Assembly: GCA_000182565.2 (NCBI GenBank)
Contig: KQ257467.1
DNA: 64,000 nt
Strand: one strand, 5' to 3'
Source of the DNA: Spizellomyces punctatus DAOM BR117
Lineage: Eukaryota
The translations under genes were made by a program, and so were the position numbers. Below are positions 1 to 11,675 of this stretch, piece after piece; positions within the stretch are counted from its first letter, which is position 1; each line of letters starts with the position of its first letter. Below the pieces are notes generated by a model, which worked only from the letters and a program-made list of their open reading frames with translations, was not told where the DNA came from and did no database searches.

Positions 1-583
1 GCCTCCAACGGGATCAATTGGTGGATGCTCTCTTCAAGCATAAGCAAGCAAATGTATCGTTCAACTGTGTTTGAATGCCTGACACAAAGAGGATTCGTAG
101 CAGGATATCCTAAAGTTGGAATATGCCCATAAATGCGTTACTAAAATCAGGAACAAAGACACAAAATCGCTGAACCAGAAATAGTCGCTGACTGGAGCGG
201 TCATAAATTGGGGGATCCCTAAATAACAATGAGGGTTATGATGGCGGTATTCGGGACTTGGGTCACGAGTAAGCAGAAGAAACAGGCGCTGGAAATAAAC
301 CTGTTGATGGGGGTTTGTCTGTATATTTGTGTGTTGTGTCTACGCTTTGGAAAAAAGCACACTAGTTTCGCGTGAACAAGTTAGTGGAGGTTTTCCCTTT
401 TCTTTGTGTTTGGTTTGTTTGAAGGTGGGGTGCCCCATTTCTGTTCTTGGATTGTAGCAAAGGGCTGTTAAAGACGGGGGCCGTGAACGTGTTGGCGGAG
501 ACGTGAACAGACGAATACACACGGCTAGAACGAGCGTATACGAGCGGTTGTGTGCTTTTTGAAACGGTTTTGGCGGTTTCGAG

Positions 584-2681
584 ATGGGGAATACTGGATC
601 AGCGCTGTCGGAACCCGTCGGGCCCAACCCCGCCGTCAAGACCACCCCATCAACACCATCACCGTCGACACCGTCCTCAAGGGAGAATGCCAAGGACAGG
701 TGGGATAAAGTCGATGTAGAAGATGGAACGCGAGCAAGGATTCTCGAGTCCCGGGAACTTGAAGAGGATGCCACGGTTCGGTTTGGGATGAACGGCACGT
801 CTGGGAATTCGGAGCGGAGGTCAAGTTTGCTGGCTGTTATGGATGGGGTTATAGACGGCTTGTTTTTGGCAGCTGGGAGTGTTCGAGGGGTTGGGGGGTT
901 GATGGGGAGTGAGGATCGAGTGGTGCCAGAGAGGTGTGCGAGTGGACGGGAGAGCGAGGTGAGGCTTCCTGGAGGTTACAAAAATGGTATGTTGGCAAGT
1001 TAAAGCTGTGTTTGTTTGAGCTAGTCAGTATCGCTTATATGCTTCACAGCCTTTATAAACTCCACATCCTACACCCATCTCAACCGAATGAGCGGCGCAT
1101 CTCGTGAACTAGACCGTATGGAAGCCGGTGTGCCCGATGAGATTATTGAAGACCTTGGATCCCGCTTGTCCCAAACGGCCATTGACCAGCCCATTCAACA
1201 AGTGTTTGCAACACCCCAGGTTCAGAGTACTATAAATGTGGAACCTTACGGGATCATTGAGCCCATGTCAACGGTCGTTGACACGACACTAGTTGTGCAC
1301 CCAGCACTTGAATACAGTGCAATCGACAAAGTATTGGAAAAACACCCCTTAATGGATCAATCTGAATCCTTGATCATGACCCCCTACATGCAAGACTCTG
1401 ACACTGATATCCCAAAACCCGATATCCGCACCAACGTACTCGGCTCAGATATCATCACTCCGGAACCGACACCCATCACCGAACACCCTCCTACCCCGAA
1501 CGCCCCAAAACTCAGCCGGATACCAAAGTATAATTCATGTTCGACTTTGTTTGTTGAGGCAACGATCAGTAATGCGGATTTGAATGACACATTGCGTTGG
1601 TATGTTTATCGTACCAGTTTTTGAAAGGCGAACACTTACTGACTTGTATGGCTAGTGTGGCATCGGCATTGGTCAACCACATGAAAAAGAACCTTCAAGA
1701 CCAAACATTTAAAACCGATAACATATTTTCAGAAGAATTGCATCCGCTTTCTGTAAGTACTCCCAAAACAAACACAAACAAAACGTAGACAAAAGTTCTA
1801 AGATGAGACCAATGTAGCAACATATACAATTCTACCGTCGTATGCCGAAGGAAGACGATATTTTCAAATTCCTCGAATGTTTGTTCAATGCAGCGGAACT
1901 AACCGCTGAATGCGGAATCATTACCCTCGTAAGTATCAATTTGCACCCATTCACAAACCAACAAGGAGGTTGAACGCATTTGACAATCTTGCAGATTTAC
2001 GTTGAACGAATGCTCCAAAACACAAGTTTAACTCTCCATGCAAGTAACTGGACACGAATTGTACTCGGCGGGTTACTACTGGCATCCAAAGTATGGGACG
2101 ATCATGCAGTCTGGAACGTGGATTTCGTACAGATATTTCCAGAAGTGGATGTAGAAGACATGTAAGTAAAAAACAAAGGCGATATCGGTATTTTATGTTT
2201 CCCCGGTCGGGTACTAATAAAGATGAGGATGCTGTTAGGAATCAATTGGAACGATGGTACATGGCCGCACTTGATTTCGATGTCAATATCAAAGCATCGG
2301 AATATGCACGCTATTATTTCTCGTTGCGAGATTTGGCGGAAAAGAGTCGGAGACGGTGGCCTTTGAAACCGCTAACGTTGCGAGATGCTGCAAAACTCGA
2401 GGTACTTTTCGACTGTTTCTAATGTTGTAGTGATGGACTGTCTAGTGTGTTCATACCAATACCATTTCACATAGGCTCGAACATCCCGTCCACCACCCAA
2501 ACTAGATACATCCACCCCCAACACTCCCGACACCATTGACCCCCGTTCCTCTCCTCCGCGAACGATTCATGCATTTGAGAGGGAGGGTGCATCAAATGTT
2601 GGGAACAGTAATGGAGGAATGAGGAGGAGTATGAGTGATTATATTTTTGTAGGACCCAAACCTCCTGCCATGGTCGTTTGA
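584..2681 (+). CDS. CCNY: Cyclin Y-like protein (multi-exon)
   Basis: N-terminus MGNTGS (myristoylation-type, like animal CCNY); motifs KYNSCSTLF, YVERML..., NWTRIVLGGLLLASKVWDDHAVWNVDF, NQLERWY, ASEYARYYFSLRDL; last exon ends MRRSMSD...PAMVV-TGA at 2681; GT-AG introns join the ORF pieces. Confidence 0.85.
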
Positions 2682-2922
2682 TGTACTGTTGGTTATTTTT
2701 TTCTGTAGTTTGGTATGTGTTTTCTTATTTGAGAATATAGAGTGATGGTACAGTGGACAGCTTCTATTACAAAATGGGATACCAAAATCATGCAAACCAC
2801 AGCTTTGGGATAGACTTGAATTGCCAAATGTCTGTATGCAAAAATCACCCAACCAGATATCCTTTGGAATTGAGACTTTTAACAAAATATCCTTCTATAA
2901 CATTTTCAAACATCCTCCACAA

Positions 2923-5900
2923 TCAACTCTCCAACCCACCCCGTCGAATAGGCCGTAACTTCCAAATTCCTTCTACCCGTTCACGCTCCTCAGAGTGAAT
3001 AATCTCACACGACCTCAAAAACCCCTCCAACCGCTCTGAATACCCCCGTCGAACCCACTCTGAACTTTTCGTATTATGCCCCTTGAGCCACACCGCCAAG
3101 AATTCAATGGCACTAGCTTCAGGTGTCCAATATGGGTATTTTGGTCGTTTTCTTGCAAGGTCTTCTAGGGCCGCTACGAGGGTTTCCGAGAGCGTTTGGT
3201 CAATGTACCCTGGTATGGGCAGGGTGTGGGTTGCGATGGGCGTCATGGGTGGCGGGAGTTTTTTAGGGGGTGTGAGGGAAGTGTAGAGGTGAGGAGTTGC
3301 TAAGAATTTGGCGAGAGCGGTGGGCGTGGAGAAACTGTACAGTTTTTGGGCGTAGAGGGCGGTCAAGGTGGGTAGTCCTCGTACGAGAGATGCGAAACTG
3401 GATAAGTTGCGCATAGTATGGTGAGGAAAGCCCAAATCAAAAAAATAATGGTGAGTTGTCAACATTTACAAATGTGCGACACCAACATAAAAGCAATTAT
3501 ACGTACCCTTTGCCTCCCTCTTTCAGCGCAACAGGACAATACCCACCACACTCAAACCCTTTCGGAAACATCGCCTTAACTTCCTCCTGAGTAACAACCC
3601 GCGGTAATTCAGCAGGTAAAGGTGTCCGAATATACAATTCCGGGTCCTCTAAGAATAAAGCTTGTTCAGATGGTCCCGCGAGGTAATAGTACTGTTGCTT
3701 GTATTCAGCCATGTGGGTGGATGGAGGTTGGATGAGGGTTTGGTGGAGGTGGAGGGAGACTGGGCAGTAGGTGAGGTGAGGGGAGAGGTGAGTGGAGATG
3801 TGGGTGAGGGGGATGGAGGTGGAGGTAATGGATGCGGCTTTGCCTATCGTCACAAAGCCAAAGAAAAGAATTAGAATATGGTCGTAAACAACATAACCAT
3901 GAAGGTTAACATCACTAACAGAAACGAATAACAGACATACCACGCCCAATTCGTCCAAAATACTCTTGCCGCGCAACCATAACATCTTGTACAGCCTTGA
4001 CAACCAAATTCTTCAAAGCCCATTTACTCCTCAGTGCATCAAGGTGGGTGACATTGGCATACGCGGTGGTATAATGGGTGTCGATAGCGGAGATATGCGT
4101 TTCGTAGACTTGGCTATACTGATTGAGGGTCGTGGGTGTGTTGAGGGGTGGAAGAGGGGACCTATTTTCGTACCGTAGTGCATGGCGGGGTTGGCATAAA
4201 TGATGTGTCGTGGTGCGTTGGTTCACAAGGAGTACCAAACATTGAAAAGAAAACGGGATCGGAGTCGCATAGGTGATGTATCATTGGGAGCAAAAAGTGG
4301 AAACAGTTAGGAAGGCAAAATCCATATCGTATCGTATTATAGAGCCGATAAGTGAAGAAAGACGAGACCAGCGGTAGTGCATGTCGAGTACCCAAAAATG
4401 TCCGCAGCAAGAGAGATGAAGCAAACGTCCGTATCGTGCGTTACCAGGTATCGTCGTAAAAAGGATGAAAAGAGAATTGAAAGATACCATCAAAGGCACA
4501 AAAAAAAAGAAAAAGCCATCAACGATTAGCCAAACACCCAAAAAAACAACCAAACCAAAAATAAATCATACTCGGCCTCAATCTCCCAATCCACCATCCC
4601 TCTCTTCAAGCCCTCTTCAACAGGTATATCCAGCACAAAAACGCAATGTGGGACTACACCAGCTGATTCGAGGAGGTGAGCTTGGGCAGTTGTTATTGGG
4701 TATCCATCCAGAATCCACCTTTCAAAAAGCATATTAGCAAAGAGAAGAGATTTCAACAGATATTTCAGTTGTTTGCTACCCTTTTTCTTGACACATGGCA
4801 CAGGAGGTAATGGTTCGTATCGCTTCAGTAACAAGTGTGTCCGGTAATGGTAATCCAGCCTCTAACGTCGCCTTCACCTAAAACATCAAGAAAGTCAATA
4901 TGACAAACATCTTCAACCATATCCCAACACAAATCTTTTTTACCTGCTCGGAAACACCACTAAAACCAGCAAGACCCGCCACAATAGTTTCAACATCCAA
5001 ATATACGAGCCCAAAACTTTGTGCAATGGATTTCGCGAGGGTTGTTTTCCCGGATTTGGGGGGACCGACGAGGGTAAGGTGTGGGCGGAGGAGCGGAGGT
5101 GGTGGGGGAAGGGCTGTATAATGGGTTGTATTTTGAATAAAATGCTGTGTTGCGAAATGATGAATGCTTGTCAGTGAGATTTTTGCAATGTATCGAGAGA
5201 GGATGGGAGCGATACGTTACCGTTCTGGCATTCCGATCCTTTAAAAAGTAAATACACCCCCCATAAACAACCGGTAGAGTCCCCGTACATTCTCTTGTCA
5301 AGAAACGGTTCTTTTCCAAAGTTACCGGACAGTATTTCCTAAATATCATACCATCAGCGTTAAACAGCAAAGAATAGAACCTCGAGCGTATGAAAACGGT
5401 ACGTACCGAAACGGACTATACACCACAACACCAAGATCCAAGAGCACTTTGGCCTCCTTTTTAGTCACTTTGAACGCATTGCCCAATAAGCTTGCCCTCT
5501 AATCTCAAATCATCAACAACAAACTCATCACCGCCAAAGAATGAATGCACGTTACATACATATTCCAAAAAGGGTCTCAAATCGTGCTTGACGGAAGCCA
5601 AGACGGGACGTATGGGGCGAGAAGCATCAATGGTAAATAATGGGATAGAGGATTGTGAAGAAAAGGTTGAAGTGATTTCCGAGATGCGTGATTGGTGTTT
5701 TTCAATCCTAGATTTTCATCAAAAAGTTATTAAATGCATGGTTCTGAAAAGACGTTGTCGCTTTTTTCGGATGTTTCTGTACGTACTCTTCCAAAACCTT
5801 GTCTTCCCACTCTTCATCATCATCATCAGCAGCTTGAGCATCATGCGGAACAGCTACACCATCAACAACTCCACCCCGACGAAGACGGGAAACAACACGC

Positions 5901-8900
5901 TTCAGGGCAACACTGCTCTCACAATCCAAGACTACCATCGCATCAACATGCAAGGAATACTTTAAGAGGGTGTCACAGTCGAGTTTGGTGCGTGGAAAGG
6001 ATGTTAGGATGAACCCTGTAGTTTTATACGGCTATCAACAAAATAAAGTTCGAGAGTAGGTCTTGTCAGTCTATCATGATGAATCCCATGACGCAGGAAA
6101 TAACAAAACTCAAAACGGTTACCTCACTATAAAAAAGTGTTTTAAGCACATCAGTCAAAACATGCGCACCAATTCCTCCATTCTCTTGTAACATGAATTC
6201 GACTTCCTCTTTCACCGCCCCACCTTGCATTGCAGCCCACGATAGTACAAAAGTTTCAAACACGATATGCGGGATGGGTGTTGAGAGGGTGGAGAGGAGG
6301 GCTGGGATGAGGGCGTCGAGACCGCTACCGGGTGGACCGAGGAAAATGAGACGAGGAGGTGGAAGTGGGGAGTGGATGTAAGTTTGGGGTTCGGTTACAA
6401 AGGTTGTTTTGGCGTCTTCGGATGTGAGGTGGTAATATTGGCCCTGTGACATAAACAACAAAAACAGTTGTTGGCGTGGGCGTTAGAGAGATAGTGAGCA
6501 TTTTGGTCAGGACTATTTGTTGATGTACCTGATATTTAACGGTGAAATTCCGATCACCTTTGACAAGGATACCTTGTTTCAACATGACGGGACAATAATC
6601 TTTTGTAGTTCCAAGTGGGATTTGAGCAGGGAGTTCTGCTTGCATTTTAGGTGTCAAAGGAACTAGAACAAAAAAAAAATCGGTTATAAAAGTCATTTTC
6701 TTGGTTTATTCAAAGTCCAAGAGCTTTATGGGTACCTGCTTTGGGCAAGAATGGGTCCATATGGCCCTGAATACTGCTTAGGACGGTCTGGATGCCGCGG
6801 TCGGCGGGGAGAGTAACGACATTGGACAAGGTTTTCGTCATGTTGGCTAAATCTTCACGGAATCCGTTGAAAAGGTTGTCAAAGTTGGGGTATGCAAGGA
6901 TACTAGGTGCGTTAGGTGTCATCCCATTCGTCGTTGTGGAGGTGGTGACGGGCCGCCCAGTGATGGGATCAGACACAAAAGCCATCATACGCCCCCGCAC
7001 TGTCTCATCATTAATGTCTGTTTAAAGTCAATAAGCGAGTCAATCTCAACATGTATCGTCACCATCTTTTGCCAATCAGTAAGTTGTTACCGTTTTCGAG
7101 AACGATGGTCCGATGCGGGTTGAGATCAGCTGCGATCATTGCGTTCATCTATTATGTATATGGATAGGTTTCCGCATGTTGAGCACACAAAAACAGTTCC
7201 GTGGCATGACCGGATCTAAACATACCTGGTCCATGGTCCGCGGGAATCCATCTAAAATCCATCCATTGTAGCGCTAAAACGTCCAAGAATAAACAAAATC
7301 GTTAATGGACATGAAATGCGTTTGTGGAGTGCGTTAAGCGGCATATTTTTACCTTTAATTCAAACGCTTTGGAAATGACGAGTTGAATCACTTGGACTTG
7401 AAGAGTGGGAGCAATCGTCTTGCCCAGTCGGCATTTTCGAAGAATCTTTAAATATCACAACAAGTCTTCAATCATACACTCGTAACATCAGTAACGTCAA
7501 AAGTATTTGTAAACGCACCTGTCCAAACACAGTTCCCCACACCTTGTTACCTTGCTCCTCACTCAAAGCACACCACTCGTCAAACACTTCATCCAAAGAA
7601 ACGTGGACAAGACCGTACAAGTGAGCCAGGAGCTTGCTTTGCGTTGTTTTTCCCGAAAAGGGACCACCAAGGATGGAAATGTGGAGAGGCGATAGACGGG
7701 GTGGTGTGGAGAGGTATTTGGCGGGATTGGAGAGAAAAGCCTGGAGGTCCGTTTGTGAGGCGAAAAAGTAGATTTGGCCCTGTGGTAGTTGTTCCAACCA
7801 AAGAAAAACGAGAAAGGATGAACTTAGCCAACAACGTTTTTTGCATCTCCAATTGCTAGATGAAATCAAGATTTTTTTGCATACCTTGTAAGCAGCACAA
7901 AAATCAAACGACGACACTTGGACAAGCTGTCCGTTGTTGCGAGTGTACGTCACAGGACAGTATTTACCCCATATGCCCACCTCTCGTTTGGGTTCACCCT
8001 CCTCAAGCTGTGTTGAGCAAAAGATCTTGAATATTTCTTGGTCGGTCGTTCCCGCTATTAAAAGAAAAAAGAAAAGAAAAACATGTTGGAACAAACTGTT
8101 TCGTAGCTAGCTCATGCTTTGCTCCTCATGTTGCAGTCCTCTGCCGTCTCTCTATATATGCTCCCATCCAATGTACCTTTGAATCCACCGTCGGGGGGCG
8201 CGAGAGGTTTTGGCAAGACTGCTTTTGTAAAGACACCATATCCAAGGACATGCAATCGGTCCATTAGATTCTTGTACAAGACGGTGGGATGCTGGGTTGC
8301 ATCGAGTTCAATGGTATGATTTGCATCAAAGTAATTGCGTTTAAAGTCGGCGAGAAGCGAATCGTATTGAGATACAGCTGCGAGGTGCGCCGTGACGGAT
8401 TCGGGAGCATCTTCGGGGCGTTTGATGAGACGGTCTACAACGTCCATGGGGATGAGAGGCCATTGGACATTGGTGACGAGATCAGAGAGAGAAGTTTTAG
8501 GCTTTTTTGCTTCGCGACGCCTGTCGGTTTCTCCTTCTTCTTGCTGATCCTCATCATCCTCGCTATTCTCTTCGTCATCGTCATCATCATCCTCTTCTTC
8601 CTCGTCATCATGGTTCTTGCCACTCGATTCGCTTCCCCCTTCATTGTCCTCATCGTCATCCTCTTCATCGCCCTTGCCCTGTGCCCATCTTTCCCTTGAA
8701 TGCACGACTTGGGGACCTGGATAGATGATCCCAGTCTCCATGTCAATCCACTGAGCCGCCCGACGCCGTATGAGGTCCTCATCCGATATATTGAGCTGAA
8801 TCAAGACAGGAACATGGTGAGCGGGTCTCTTGTTCAAGAGGTCTGTAAGGAGGGACATGTCTTGTGCGGAATCTGTGAGATTTCCAGGTAATCCTTCGAG

Positions 8901-9224
8901 AACGTAGCCTTGAAAGTCTGTCTCTTGGGACGCTATCATGTCCTTGACAATGGCGATCAATGTTTCTGGAGCGACCGCACCGCCGGATGCGAGACAGGAT
9001 TGAATTTCTTTATGCCATGGACTCGCTGTGTTTGAGAGTGCATGCAAAAGGAGGGATTCAGGAGAAATCCATTGAGCGTTGAGAGACGCTGCGAGGCGAG
9101 ATGCCAGCGTCGTCTTTCCGGCGCCTGGTTTTCCTAGGATGAGGTAGCATGGGCGTGGAGCGATGGCGGTGGATGTGTCTGGGAGAGCTAGTGTCGAGAG
9201 AATCTCGTTGACTGTTCCCATCAT
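2923..9224 (-). CDS. AK9: Adenylate kinase 9-like multidomain protein (many exons)
   Basis: Repeated P-loops GKPGAGKTT, GGPFSGKTT, GPPGSG, GPPKSGKTT; repeated YCPV (YHS-like) motifs; GYVLEGLP/WILDGFP/WILDGYP motifs; C-terminal GYIDQTLSETLVAALEDLARKRPKYP typical of AK9. Exon borders not all resolved. Confidence 0.85.
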
Positions 9225-9746
9225 AATGATGGATATCAATATGTGAAATCTAATGCATAAAACACATCAAGCTTTTGTGATCGCGGAGTTTTAAATTCCT
9301 GATTACAGACCACGATCATCCAATTTACATCCCTCACTTGGCTCTTTTTTCCATCATCATTAGCCGTGAAGATAATGCACTCATATACAAGGTATTCACC
9401 AGACTTGTTGTCATGGCCCCCATCATTGTTTGAATTGCCAACCCTTGGCAAAGAACGAGCAATTAAAGGTGATTGACGATTAAATTGGACCATATGGATA
9501 AAAACATTATTTCCAAGGCGAGCTGTCAACTCTTTGCAATCTCATATGCACAAATGCCGACCTTATTCTGAGGGAAGCAGTTGTGGTGGATAATAGTATA
9601 ATACTCTGGCAATGTCCTCGTTCACCGTCACTCGCCAACATAAGAAACATTAATCATACTCATTCATTGTTACAGCTACAGCTTGAGCATTTCTCACACT
9701 CACCTACATCTCTTTTGCGCCTACCTTTACTTGAGGATTTACCAGC

Positions 9747-10559
9747 TTAGCGACCACATTTACTGGAAGGTACCTCTCGCAGTATCACATCACCCTTTGC
9801 GATGGCCGCTAGAAGATAACGGCGAAATTCTTCTGGCGGTGCTCCCCAAGGCGGTGCGTCTCTGTTGAATTTTCGCAATCCTTCAGTAAGTGCCCACAGA
9901 TCTCCATTGGGACGTGTCGAGGAAGAGACGGGTTTTTGTTCTTCCGCCACTGAAGCTTGTGCTGCTGCTGACACTGGTTGCTGTTCTCCGGCCATTGGAT
10001 ATGGTGCTGCTGCTTGTGGCGGCAATGCGCACACTGGAGCTGGTGGTGTAGCTTCTTGTGGTGCTGTGGGGTCGGTTTGCGTATACTTTGACACGTTTGA
10101 TCCGTGTACAGGCAGACCACGACGAGAGCGCTGTTTGCGAGCTTTAAATTTGGGAGGATCTTTGCACTATCATAATGAAAAACAATGTTACAAAGTCTCC
10201 AAAAAAGTGCTCTTGGTCTTTGCAAGTGGAACTCACTTCTCGCAGTATTACATCACCCTTTGCGATAGCTTCTTGTAGGTAACGGCGAAATTCTTCTGGC
10301 GGTGCTCCCCAAGGCGGAGCGCCCCTGTTGAACTTTCGTAGCCCTTCAGTAAGTCTCCAAAGATCTCCTTGGGGATGTGTCGCAGGTTTTTGTTCTCTGC
10401 AATCGTAGTTTCTCGTGCTGCTGGCCCTGACGACACGGGACCTTTTCCTTTCCCTGCTGGTGCTGGAGAGCGGTGGGTTTGCGCATGCATGGACTCGACT
10501 TGCGCACGCAGGGACTCGGGTTGCGTATTCATCAAATCGGGCTGCGGTTTGATCGACAT
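9747..10559 (-). CDS. Orphan two-exon gene with a duplicated ~45 aa module; apparent 1-nt frameshift near 10394 (possible pseudogene)
   Basis: ATG 10559 (MSIKPQPD); module DLWxLTEGLRKFNRxAPPWGAPPEEFRRYLxxAIAKGDVILRE occurs twice; GTGAGT...GATAG intron 10236-10167 splices in frame to CKDPPKFKARK...; stop at 9747. Confidence 0.5.
9775..10400. repeat. Tandem direct duplication (~9775-9945 vs ~10237-10400)
   Basis: Shared blocks such as tctcgcagtat, acatcaccctttgcgat, taacggcgaaattcttctggcggtgctccccaaggcgg, ccttcagtaagt and ggtttttgttct occur in both copies. Confidence 0.9.
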
Positions 10560-11291
10560 TGTGGGATGGTAGAAGCGAAAGCAATATGCGAGCTTTTTAT
10601 ATCCCGCTATCCTTTTGGCTTTGTTGACATGGAAGGAAATCCCAATTGTTTTTATTTGATTATTGATGTTTAAGTGGATGGAATTACAATACATCCGGTT
10701 GGATTTGTAGATTGTAGGTCAGTTGCTGCCTTTTTGTTAATGTGAAGTGTTTCCTTTTTTCCTCGTCGTTATTTTTGGGATATTGGCCTTTCGACATTAG
10801 GAGTTTTGGATACGTTTTGGAGTTAACATTGTGATGGTGCAGGTAATCTGTTTTTTAGTGGCTTGACGATGCTATTAGAACATCTGGACTGATTTTTATC
10901 TATGATTTATAGCTGCTGTAGCTGCTGTTTTGTAGGGCAACACGGACTTGTCGTCGTTGATCCTTCATTTGATCTTTGTTTCTTGATCTGCCTCCTTGTC
11001 GAAAGAGGGGATATCTGCTAAAAGGTCAGCTTTACCTCTTGTCGCGGACACAAGCAGAACATCAAAAATAGAACGCAGACTCTAATTAGATCCACTTGGT
11101 CAATATTCTTCCCATTCCTTGTCAACAAGGGGGATATAAAAGGTTTCGCGCACATCGTTTTCCACCCTCATTCTGCCTTTGCTACGTTTATGCCGCATTA
11201 AGCGTTCCTGCATCTGCCTTTAATATGTACGCCGCTTGACTGCCATTAGCGTTCCAAAATTCTGCTGTGCTTTCCTATGTACGATTCTACA

Positions 11292-11675
11292 ATGTCGATG
11301 CATGCGCAACCCGATTACATGCATGCGCAACCCCACTGCTCTTTGGCACAAGCAGTATTGGCAGAGGAACAGGAACCCATCTCTTCAGCACCTACCGATA
11401 AAGATATTTGGACACTTATTGGATAATTGAACCACATCATAGTGCTGTTTTCATAGATCCAGTTGCAGCGCCGACTTTTCGTCGTCGTCGTCATCATCGT
11501 TGATTCATCATCATTTGTCGACTCTTCATTCCACAGCGAACAAAGGGTGTAGATCGCTGCCCAAATCCTACAATGTGAGTTCACGCAGGGCCAATGTTTA
11601 TTCTCATGAGAGTGCCAAGAGTCCTCCCAAATTTAAAGCTCGTAAAAATGGACACGAAACCGTTCTCCCAATGGT
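11292..11675 (+). pseudogene. Inverted, truncated paralog of the 9747-10559 gene
   Basis: MSMHAQPDYMHAQPHCSLAQAVLAEEQEPISSAPTDKDIWTLIG-stop (11292-11426) aligns with MSIKPQPD...MHAQTH...AEEQKPVSS...GDLWALTEG; downstream are the same gtgagttc donor and tcctcccaaatttaaagctcg exon sequence. Confidence 0.7.
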
